64,000 bases of DNA from Ramazzottius varieornatus. Its lineage: Eukaryota > Animalia > Tardigrada. Positions 28,180 to 39,793 of this stretch are shown here, in pieces (position 1 is the first letter of the stretch; every line of letters begins with the position of its first letter). The stretch lies in NCBI GenBank assembly GCA_001949185.1, contig BDGG01000002.1:1633145-1697144 (forward strand), given 5' to 3'. A model generated the notes under the pieces. It worked only from the letters and a program-made list of their open reading frames with translations. It did no database searches and was not told the DNA's origin. The translations under genes were made by a program, and so were the position numbers.

Positions 28180-31100
28180 GCCGCCCATAGTTCAAGGTGT
28201 CCTTACCGAATAAAATCGTAGTATCTCCGGGGCAAACGCAGAAGCTGAGAAGGGTATTTTACTCCACTGACTCCCTTATCTTTGTCCTTCTGTGGAGCAT
28301 TATTGGCCAGCAACTCGGCGACAAGAGCGGCGTCTTTTCTCGTTTGAACGTCGCTTCGAAGGTCTTCAGCGTATTCGAAGAAGTTGAAAGGAAAAAACGT
28401 TGCCTTTCCGTCTGCTCGTGCTTCGCCTGGGACATAGCAGGATGTACAGGGGCAGTCTCTGGAATATACTGCCTGAAGCCTTGTATTTCACATTTCACTT
28501 TTGCGTCAGAAACACAACCGGAAACTTGTATTTTCACTGGGATGATTAGAGTTCTTGCCGGTTCACCTACACCCTCGACGCTAAGTTGAAGACACGGATC
28601 GATAAAGAGTTCCAGCAGTATGTTGTAGTCGATTGACACTTCTCCCACGTAGATCACTGCAAGACGAGCAAAGTTGAATCTGTGGGCCACTGGCAGTTGA
28701 TCACAAACGAAACTGATGACAGTGATACTCGGGCCAACGGATTTGGAACTGGATCTTTTCATACTGTCCATGAAGAACGACATGGTTTTGTCGCAGCCAG
28801 ACTAGTACATGCGCTTCAAGGTAGAGCCGTCGCTTATCCCAAGATGACCCGGCCGCTCGCCTTCTTCTAGAAGCTGCTGAAACCTTTCGCTCTAGAGTAG
28901 AATTTTCCAAGTTTGGACAATATCGAAAGTGAACAACCGTTCGAGAACACATTCAGTCTGCTGTTGCACACCATCAGGGCACTGCCGACCATTTTTCTTT
29001 GGGCCAGTGTGGATTCGGTGAGCGCGGCAAAATTCTTGTTCTGTAATGTCTATCACGTCCGCTCCAAACCTGCTTTCGAAACAGGTAGCATGACGACGGA
29101 GGGAGGTGATTTTCCGGCAGTAGTTGGTCAAAGGCCTCCAAGAAATGGCCAAACGATTTATCGCTGACCGGACATTTCTTCATTATTTTCTTCAATTCAT
29201 TAAGATTTCAACGCCTTGTGTTTGGGTGATTCTGTCGCCGGGATATGCGAGTGAAGTTCCGTTATGGTTTTTCATCAAATTTTCCCAGAAAGGTATATCG
29301 TTCTGGAAGTCTTCCATATCTTCTTCCACCGTGTCGTCCGGAATATCGGCGCCTTCATCGGCACTTAGAGCGCTAGAGTCTTGCAATTGTTCTTGCCGAA
29401 GACTGTCTATGAAACTCGACAGTCCAGCACCAGTACTCAGGCCTTCCACGTACTTCCGTAGGTTACCCCCATTAAAGTCTGTAATGTGTAATGAATTAAG
29501 AGCGACGGGTAAAGTGACGAAAGTTGGATTTTCGAAAGGTTCGTCTGATGCAAAATATACTTTTCCAACTTTCGAATCTTTGGATAGCACTACTAGTCCA
29601 CTGACGTTAGACGGTACGTACTTCGTTTCAGGCTCTTCCCGTATCGGTATAGTTGGGAGCGTGATAACTGTCGATCTTCCTCCTGTGACATTGCAAACTC
29701 GATCCTCCATAGGTAGCCTCTCAGCACATTGCGAAAACGGCGGTAAGCATGTACACTGTCAACATTGGCGTACTAATTAGTTTCGGACTGCCAGTTTTAC
29801 CAGGTGCTTCTCCGGAAAGAAACGTTCAGGAGTCTTTTCAACGTACGTAGTTTCTCGCTCAAAACTTTTTCGTCATACTACCCACAAACTGTCGAGAGTT
29901 GGAAAATAGACCGCTACTGAATACGGCGAAGCGCTAAATCCAACTTTCGTGTCTTTGATATGTCCATGTTGATTTTTTTGATCGCGCATCTTGTGTTCCA
30001 ACTATCGAACATTTGAGAATTTGGACCGTTCGTTTGGTTCACCCTTAATCACTGAACGCTGAACAGCCGTAGCTTCAAAGTTGCGAAAGTTAGACCCCAC
30101 ACTGCTCGGTCCAGCAAACTAACATGAAGATTTGAAAGACACGAAAGTTGGATTTATCGCTTCAGCTCTTAACTGCAAAATTCGTTTTCCCAACTTTCGA
30201 ATCTTCTGTTCTCCCGTAGTCAACTTGAGCCGGGACAACACTCCAGATTCGGCAGTCGGCTTATCATCAGTAACAGAGAATTCTGGCCATAATGCCGCTC
30301 GAGGTAAACATTGCACAAGCTGGCCAGACGAATGCACCCTAATTATTGCTGCTCTAGGCTCAGCTGCGCATTCTCCACGTATAGATCGGAGCTCAAATAC
30401 ACCAGCGTCAAGTGAGTAAGCCTTTGTCAACCGCCTCCGCCATTTCGATACTGAAAAATTGCCTGACCCATATAGGTAATATTGCACCTTTGCCGGGAAC
30501 GTGTCTCAAGCTACCAAAGAGCAAGACAGTGAGTAGACTCGGATGCTAGTCGTCTGATAGTCAATAAACACAGTGGATTTATGTTGCAGTTCAGAAGAAG
30601 CTACAAAGCATCGTCTCCTCGTTCTACTAGAAGACTAAATCCCTGAAGAAGATTGGGGCGGACGCAATTTTGAAGGAGCCAGCTATACTCGCGGTCATCG
30701 GTAAGTTTACAGTGTCAAAACTGATGAAATTCTGAAAGTCTGAAATATTTTCTGTTCGTGAGTCTAACCATAACCTTCATATCCGTCCTTTTAGGTCACG
30801 TCACCGAGATCTTCGCACTTACCGACGCCATCAACAAGGCCTTTTTCAAGCAGAAGATGAACAACAATATGGCATCGGTCAAGAGTCGCTTCGTTTAGCC
30901 GTAACAATCTGTTCCCACAATAAGTTCAGTTTCGACAGTCGTAACTCTTCGTTCCTTCCATGATGTTGGTTCACCATTATATCGAACACTTAATCCAGCA
31001 CTGTTACGCCCATGAGAGAACAAACGAAAACCGCTCATTGAGTCTGACTCCCCACTTGGCAGTATATCAGCTAAGGGTATCAAGTGTGTGGCTGACAGAT

Positions 31101-33740
31101 TCGGTTTCACTAGCTGGAATATTAAATCATGATCGTAGGTGTACTGCACTGCTCTTACAGCCATCCTTTTAATGACTATCAACCGCGTTTCTTAGTTTTT
31201 GAGAAAGATTTGGCCCCTGACCTTTGAGTTTACTGCTAAAGTACTGCCAGATCTCGGCTAATTATCGGTCAGACGTTGGCGAGTGCATTATTGAAATACT
31301 TCTGGTGTGCGAAAGCAATCTGTTTAACCACCCAGTAGGCGTCATTCGGTAGGCTGCCTGCATCTTGCACGTGTACGGTATGAGGTTGCTGCAAATTTTA
31401 GCAGTAAATGCCGACCACACTCGATGTGAGTAATCTACCAGTGTTCGACCAGTGTCTGACCAGTGTAGCGAATCTTGCTGACATATTTCAACGGAGCTTT
31501 CGAAAGATGACCACAGTAAGACAAGTTCCTGATGACTGTGTTTCTGCTTAATTATCTGGATGGACTTTCCATGGACTGGAACACAACCTTTACAGATCCA
31601 CCACAAGTTCTCCCTAAATTCCGATTTTTATATGGGTTAGGCCTTCCGCTTCCCTGGTGTGCGGTAGACTTTCTTTCGTGTGCGGTATTTCTTTGGTCTT
31701 CGGTAGGTCATTCAGCGTTGTTGGTTCTTGCCAAGGACGTATAGGATCCGCAATTTGGCCCTTTCCTACCAAGTTCTCATCGACTATCAGTCGGGGTTGT
31801 GCCGGGCACGGGCCTGACAGACACTTCCGTAGAGAAAGAGCCAAATTGCGGACCTTTTAGGAACCTCGATACGTCCTTGGTTCTTGCTGGTTGCTACAGG
31901 GGGCACTCGCTCTAGATTCGTCGTTCTAGTGCATTGTTACGCCGGTGAGCTTTGCAGTCTGGTCCAGTCAAGCTAACCCAAACCACTTGGTAATGATGGC
32001 CAGGTAAGTTTGAACGCGCACCGTTGCTGATATTTCGGCAAAATATGAAAGTCGCCGATACCGGCTAACATTGAACTATCCATCAGAAATGCATCAAAAT
32101 TTTGGCAGTCGATAGATCAGACCAATCCATACACAGGGTAAGTACGCCAACTTGCTACCACCCATTGACAATTATAGCTCTCTTGGCTGAGTGTATGTTC
32201 GTCCTCCTGACTATTTCACCTTACTGTGGCATCCCTTTTGTTACCTTTTAAAAATAAATTAGCCTGAAAGAATGTCTACACGAAGCCCAGGTTTGACCAG
32301 GGATCAGGGAGGGTGCAACCGCGAAACTGCCCCGGCCAGAACTTTTCGCTGTTTCTGCCTCGGGGAGAAAATCTTTTTTCACTAAGTTGCAATCTTAATT
32401 GAAAACTGCTAATCGCAAACCGCTTAGCGGTTTTCCAACAACCGACAAGACCACCTTGGTTCTTTGTACCACTTGTTGATTCACTGATACAGAAACGTTT
32501 GCAAAATCAGGGATGAACACGAAGTGCAAAAATAAAGGGAGGTCGCCTAAAAACAGGATTTCTCGAAATGGTCTGAATCTTTTTGCGGAAAGTAAAAGCA
32601 TCAACGCTTAGCCAAATTCATTAGCTATCTGAATCACGAACGGTTTGAGACAGACTGCGCGAAATCAGAGTGTCGGAACACCTGTCAGGAAAACAGGGTT
32701 CGCCCGAATCAACAACTTTTTCAGATTTTGAGCGAACTTCGAGCAATTTTCTTCAGTTTCCCGGAAAGATCCTGCATCTCGAACAGCGATTAGAAATTAG
32801 CCCAGGGACTCGGCTAGAGGAAAAGCGGTTGTAAGAACAAATTCTTGGTTTAGAACACACCTTGCAATCTTTTTCCACGAGGAGGGGTTTCCCGGCAAAA
32901 TGGTCAAATTCGACGATATTGATTCATTTTCAAAGTTACTTTGATCTTCTCGCAATCTATTCCAGTTTTCGATGAGAACCCAGGTAGTTATACCCACGCT
33001 GAAATCGAACTGCGGTTGGATTCTCAAACAGGGAGTTCCAGTTGACCTGTTTTATTCGTAGCGAGAAGTCTTCCTCACCGGAAGTCATGCCAATCAAGTT
33101 ATTGAACCCTCGTCTCAATGCATGCAAATGAACTATGTCTCTTTAAAAAGCTTGAAACAGTGAACGAAATCTGTGAAGGACCGAAAGGAGAACATTGCAT
33201 TACTCACTTAGAATTTCTTCTGCGTTGAAGTTTCAGGTGGTGGCAAGTTGGCGTACTCACCGTGTACATGCATCCGATCCACATCAGAAAGTTTAAAATT
33301 AAGCTCAGGAGAAATCGGCAAATACTTTACAGCCTTCCAGCTTCCGCATTTACTGGTCGATTTTACAGGACCAAATGCACGTTCCGGATATAGCCTTGAT
33401 TGTCTTGTTGATATGTAGGGTCCGGCCAAGTAGAAGAATTGCATTACTCAGTGCTACTTCGATGACCTCTGCTGCTCATATCATCGGCAAGCCGTCAGTC
33501 TATCGCTGCTACCAACTGTAGCGTACATGTTATTAGTGATCTCGCTAATGTTTGGTTATCTTTGACGTTCAAGAACCGATGGAGAATAGCAGCTGCGGAC
33601 AGGCTCGTTGTTCTAGATAAAAAAACGCGCATCTCCGTCAAGGTGTTGTAACCGCTAGTTCGATGACGACAGTTACAGTAATATGTAGGTGTCTTCAAAG
33701 GACTAGAACAGTATGGATTTCCCAAGTGGCGCAACCTCCT
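28180..33740 (-). pseudogene. Unidentified decayed long coding relic
   Basis: Series of minus-strand ORF pieces (up to 172-174 aa) with protein-like composition, broken by stops and frameshifts, without clear splice signals. Confidence 0.3.
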
Positions 33741-33872
33741 AGGCAGGACTAAATAAGACCGTACGCCACTTGGTATAAATGAAATGTTGAATCATTTGCC
33801 GACATCCCATATACCATCATGTCTTTGGCCTAATTCAGCGCTTATGTTTTCTGCACAGATAATGTTGCTGTA

Positions 33873-34017
33873 CACGTGCCTGGCCTAAACGTGGGTACGG
33901 AGCGAAAGCGACTGTGTTTCGATTGATTTAGTTGATTGGTTAACCACAGCTGGCCCGTGTCGCTTTCGCTCCGTTCCCCACATTTTTGTCCATCCCCACA
34001 TTTAGGCCAGGCACGTG
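33873..34017. mobile_element. 145-bp MITE, TA TSD
   Basis: TA|CACGTGCCTGGCCTAAACGTGGG...CCCACATTTAGGCCAGGCACGTG|TA with inner GGAGCGAAAGCGAC / GTCGCTTTCGCTCC. Confidence 0.8.
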
Positions 34018-34473
34018 TACATGGTATTTTTGGTCTGGTTTATTCGAAGTGCAGATATCCAAGATTCTAAGTGCCCAACGTACTGCCACCGCATCTACGA
34101 GCCCACGAAACGAGCGCCGGTGAGCCTGACCAGACAGTACAGTTCCACCGGCGTTCGACTCTTAGACCACCTGTACAGTATGCGTCTGCCCGTCGAATAC
34201 CAACATGGTTAATCGGTACAGTTGCCGCTTTACACGGTAAGATCGTTCACCAAATCCAGCAAAAGCAACCACGGAAGTCTAAGCCCACGAACGACCACTC
34301 TAAGCCAGTAATTAGTAAGTTCGAAAGGAGTACGGCTGGCGGAGACACACTCGTTGCTCTCCTTTCAGCAGAAAGCAGAAACCACAATTTCGCAAAGCTA
34401 ACATCTTCCAGACACGAGGAATATTCGAACCTTAACCCACAAGGCATCGGCGGTAAGGAAAACCAAGGTCAAT

Positions 34474-37175
34474 TTATATGATATCGATTCGTCGTTTCTT
34501 TTTACCCGATCCTGCTAGTCCAGATTCGGCAGCGTCGTCGGAAAGACCTTCGCCTTCAGACTCTGACAGCGCGCGTTCCGCGACCTTCTCTATCGTGTAC
34601 AGCGCGTCTCCCAACGCGGTATGAGTCCCTCCGTCGGGTCGGCGTCCCTCACCTTGCCGATAGCCAAAGATATGGTTGGGCAGATGCCCCAACCATGTCA
34701 GCATACTGCAAACGTAGCCACAGTTGACACGTAGCCATAGCACCTCGACGAGATCATTCGTTCTCAGAGTGGCACACGCTTCCAGCCAGTAACACTGACA
34801 ACGTGCGCCACTTGAGAAAATAACTTTTGCGGAATTTGTTTGCCGAGCTCCTAGTTGGAACACACAAATTTGGGAGTATTTAAAATTACCATAACATTAC
34901 CTGTGCTCTTCGCGTTCGCCCTTAACGACAACCGGGTAGATGTACTCTTCTTTGAACTGCTCAATCATATCCTGACATTCCGGCCACGTCAGCTTGTCGT
35001 GGATCCCATCCGAGCCGAACTTTTGGTTGTACACGTCGAAGTGAACGGCTTGGAGGAGCAGACCCAGACCGGGAGCCCGTGGAACGTCGGCTTTAGCGGG
35101 ACCGAAGATTGTGTCGAAGATATCAGGAGCTAAGTGTCCCCGCATCACTATTGACACGCAAGCACCTCATTCCAGCCACGTCTCGCGAAAACTTACAACA
35201 AATATTATTAGGAAAAACTCACCGGCAATAACCAGTCCGACCATTTTCCGAATTTGATGCATCTGGAAACCAGAACAATTGAAAGCAGAGTTGCCGAAAG
35301 ACAGTCCAAAAATGACCAGAAATCTGCAAAGACAAGTCTCAGGTCTTTTGATTTTTTTTCACCATGAAACTTTGCCCTTTGACAGTGATGACCACGAACT
35401 CGACACCATCGCACACAAAAGGCTGTCCACATTCCACTTCTCGCATGAACCTCTTAGCGGCGTCTTGCCACGGCTTTCTAAAGATGAACAAAAATCAATT
35501 TGAACTTCTGAAATGGCCAGAAAATGAACTGAGACGAGCAAGCGAGGGTACGGTACTCACACGCCAATGGTGAAATTGTGGAAATTATTGGTGCCGTGAT
35601 AGCGTTTAAGCATGGCGTTGATCTGCTCGATCCGGCTAGGGTCTATACGGTAGTCGTAGGTAACGACATCTTCCAGCGGAGCAAAGGCTAAGGTCGGACA
35701 CATGTACAGATAGGTCCGACTGCTGCACCAGTTCTTGCTGTTGAAACCCTGTGTCACACGGCGAATACCTACGACCACAGACAATACTCACTCTAGTCTT
35801 GGGCTGACAGCGGCTGAAAAACAGAAAAAGGAGTCTCACCGAAGAGGCGGATGTCAGCAGGTAATTCAGCGTTGATCCTTTCGACCGCGGTGGGTATGTC
35901 GGCCACAGCTGAAAGTTCAAAATAAATTACTGCTCTAAATATTGAAATGGATCGAAAACTAATTTTCTGTGGCCGGACGTCAACTGCGTAAGGCATATTC
36001 AGCTGTGGAGAAAAAGCGAATTTCACAACGTTTCTAAACAATGTGAAGTACGTACGTATGGGAATAGAGACAACTTGGCCAGCAGCGCTAACGCCCTTAT
36101 CAGTTCGCGCACACCGCTGAAAACTTAGCTGGTACAGGTCCTTGTCCCATTCCTTCGGTATCATCTCTAGCTTCTCCATGGCGGTAAACAGACACGTCTC
36201 GATTGTGGCTATGCCCGCATTCCTTAACAGAGAAAAACGCATGCGTCTAAGATTGGGAAACAAAAATTTCCAAAATAACGAGTACTGTTCGTTGGACACT
36301 CACCACTGCATCCCCTGGTAAGCTGCTCCGCAATATCCCATCAGAATGGCGCACTTCTTGGTCTTCTTCCGTAAATGTCCAATCTATAAGAAGAGAGTGA
36401 ACCGTCAAGTTCTTGGAGAATAATAACGTTCACGGCGGACAACAGAGGAAATCATCACAGAGCGAACCACCGTGGAACCATGCATTTTGTTCATCTGTAG
36501 CGGAGTACGCAGGTATTCGACGTGATAAAGCTCTCTACGCTTCACGTGTCGCATGACGTCATGCATACACGGCGAAACTGGCATACTTCCGCGATGTAAT
36601 GCGCCACGTGAAGCATGCATCGTACAAACCCCAGTTACTGGTTCATCCGTTGTTGGTCTTGGCTGATGCTCCCATTTCCTTCGATTCTTCTCCTTTAGGT
36701 CTCGCCAGCCTTTCTTGTTCTTTCTTTTCGACTGTCTCGATGGACCTTCTTGTTCGTTATCCCGGCTGGCTGCGTCGATTTCCACATTGTTGGTCGACTT
36801 CATTTCCGCCTTCGCCGACGATAAATTCATCCCATCGTCTCCCACATGCTCGTCTGCCGCTTTTGCCCCACTTCTTTCTTCTGCCTGTCTAGCAAGTACA
36901 TTGTGCGCGTTTGAAGTCGCAGAGGTGAACTTTCGGGGCTCGGGTCGAGCAGGCAGCGAAAGCTCCGCACTTCCGGTCGTCTCGACAGCGGCCATTTGTC
37001 GATACAGCAATTTACCGAGCGAATAATTGCGGACAAGGCTGGTCTGCAATGTAGGGAAAGATAGAAACACGATAGTATCCGGGACAGGGCGAGCAGAGCT
37101 GGAGGGATGCTGCAGGAAGAGCTGGCAGACGATCTTGTATAGGGTTGGACTGCGATTGCGCCACGGCGACAGCAT
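34474..37175 (-). CDS. PUS1: tRNA pseudouridine synthase 1 (TruA family), multi-exon
   Basis: KKCAILMGYCGAAYQGMQ, FQRCARTDKGVSAAGQVVS (catalytic Asp), FNSKNWCSSRTYLY, YHGTNNFHNFT, KGQSFM, HQIRKMVG, DVPRAPGLGLLL. Confidence 0.94.
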
Positions 37176-39793
37176 TGATTGCTCAAGGTCCGTCTGTTTC
37201 CGGTTGGTCCACCTTTGAAGAAATTGGATCACCTGAAAGTAGAAACGGCGATTATACGACTCAGGACAAACGCGGAGAGTTTGGGAAGACTGGCCACTGG
37301 ATGGAGAGCCGGCGGCAGTCGACTGGACCAGTAATCCAGTATCAGTGTTCGCCAGGTAAACTTTTCCCGACCCAGAAACGAAACACCCAAGTCTATTTAG
37401 CTTAGCCTGCCAAAAAATCTGTCGCTCAGTCAAACATGAACGGTAATCAACTGAAATCGGGACTTATTTAAGAAAGTAAGTCTTTTAGATTTTACGGCGA
37501 TCTGCTTAGATCATCATTCAATACTTTTGGCAAACCATTCGGAAGGTCGGGAAAAGTTTACCTGCCGAACACTGTCCAGTATGCAGTATCCCAATAATCC
37601 GATCAATCAACAGTCAAAAGCAGCTCGAACTTTGCAATTGAGAGATTGCGCAAACCTGTCAGCGACGAGGTGTCAGGATTATGATCAGGAAATCCATTCA
37701 AAAAAACGACAACATTGGCAGGGCATCAGTGAATTAATGAATGGACTTCCTGATTCCGATCCTGACGCCTCGTCAGGTTTGCCAGTCTCTTAAATCTCCA
37801 ATTTGCGACATCTTACCATAATCAAGCAAGGTACTGAAGGCCGTGCCACCGTGATCAACAATTCGTCCGAATTTATTTCGGTAACCCCCTCTGATCGTCC
37901 GCAGAAAAACGGCTATTCTGTGGGTCCCGGCTCCCGGCCTTTACCGGGCAACAATATTGAGGTAGAGCAGTCGAAATACCTAAGGGACTATGAATCACAA
38001 ACTCATCAGAGGAAGCTCGAGCTCCAGACAGCACAATCCTTTACTCAGGATGATCCCCGATTTTTCCTGGTTTTTCTAATTGTTTCTGACGAATTTTTCC
38101 ACGTTTTTGATGAGTCATGAGTCGTGATTTCGGATTTGATCAATCAATTCTGTACTAAACATTCGAAGATGTTGGCGTATTGATTAATACGGAATTGATA
38201 GCCATGTTGATAGTACCACTTGAAGGTACTGCACGATCAACAGGGTATAATAACGCACTATGCCTGTACGTACAACAGATGACTAATGGTAGAGACCACT
38301 TTCGGTGCCAAGAAGTTTCTTCTTGATCTTCCGCCATAAGCTCAGGCTTGCCATAGTTTGCCCCAATTTAAGGGCTTTAGAAGCCTGAACAGCTTTCTAC
38401 GATGACTTAAGTGGTCTATAATTCATTCTAAAGTTCCGCTGGAAGGCCAGCCTTTTGGGCGGAGCTCTCGCAAAAAGCGTCATGTGGGCATCGAAGTGTC
38501 GCTAGGCCGACAGTCGTTCTTCGCTCTTCGGTAGACAACAGGTTAGTGGAGGAAAACGTTGCGTCATCCGAGGTGCTCTCGATCTTTGCTCAAGCCGCCC
38601 CGGTGTGCGCAAATTTGCGGTCCTGAACCAGAATGACCCAGGTTTCAACTGCCAAGGGTCAAGGCGTACATCGACCGCAAAATGAATGAAACAAAAGTGG
38701 CAGCACTGAAAATATCAACGAGAGCCGGCCAATGGGAAACGATGACGTACGCCCAACGGATCCGCCCTATTTGGGTTAAAAGGGCGTACGAATGGCGTAC
38801 AGCTCTGACAGCAAGGCCAGATAAGCAGAGGGTCTGACGTCATCGTAGAGCACGTGGCGTTGTCTCACTGGAGGGCTTGGGAAATGTCACGTGAATCTCT
38901 CGAAAAATGGGGTGTATCGGAAAGCATGAAAGTAGGCCAGGGATCGTACTCAACTCTTCTCATCAAACTGATGTTTTCGTGTACCCAAATTGTACAAACC
39001 TTTTGGTGCTTTTCCACGTACAAATACGATTATAGCATACGGACCAACGGAAACGGCATACTACCGTTCATAAAGAGTTTCCACCAAGTAAGTATAAAGT
39101 GTTTTGTCGTATATTCGCGCTACTGATACGAGACTTATCGAGATACTCAATTCTTCGTATTGTACTGTGTACGACCTTTCTACTCCCTGCTATAGCCATA
39201 CTGTACCTGCTGCGACTGAATCTGTAGTACGTCGGCCACCATCTACGAAGCCTCTGGAACTGTTGTTACTGAATGGAAGAATATTAGAACCTTCACTCGC
39301 TGGTCTCGTCCAGGTGTGAGTTACGGTATCACATTGCAGAAAGGAAGGTAAAGCTTTTGATGATGATTCAAAGAAAATAATGGATAATTTTAGCGACGCT
39401 TGCGCATGTCGTAGTACAGCCAGATGGTTACAGTAATGTATGACCATTATAGATGGATAAAATCATGCACCACTCGAATAAATCGGAATTCGAAATGTTT
39501 TAGTCGGGGTATCGACCGCACCTGTGGGTGTACCGTACTATATGACTGATACTCCTGGCTGATTCTTGATTCGGAGATATTAGGCTGTAAATGCGGGCTC
39601 TAGTAGTTGACCCATTACTGCTGACGTCATGCAGGTGACCGAGACAAAAGTTGAAAACATGGTCGGCGTTGCAGATATTTTGACATCATCAGCCACTACA
39701 ACGTGACCACTAGATTCAGACCAACCGGATCTTTACCCCATGGCTCGCCATTTCACGAGGTATTTCATGTTGCAGGTTGATCACAGAGCCTTC

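Noticed and set aside
29124-29780. 218-aa plus-strand ORF
   Set aside because: Ser-rich antisense shadow of the more protein-like minus-strand ORF 29192-29710.
36405-37433. 342-aa ORF as a separate gene
   Set aside because: It is PUS1 exon 1 extended by a non-ATG start and read-through into intron 1.
37527-38337. Short ORFs between PUS1 and the BEN gene
   Set aside because: No motifs or coherent exon chain; not supportable as a gene.
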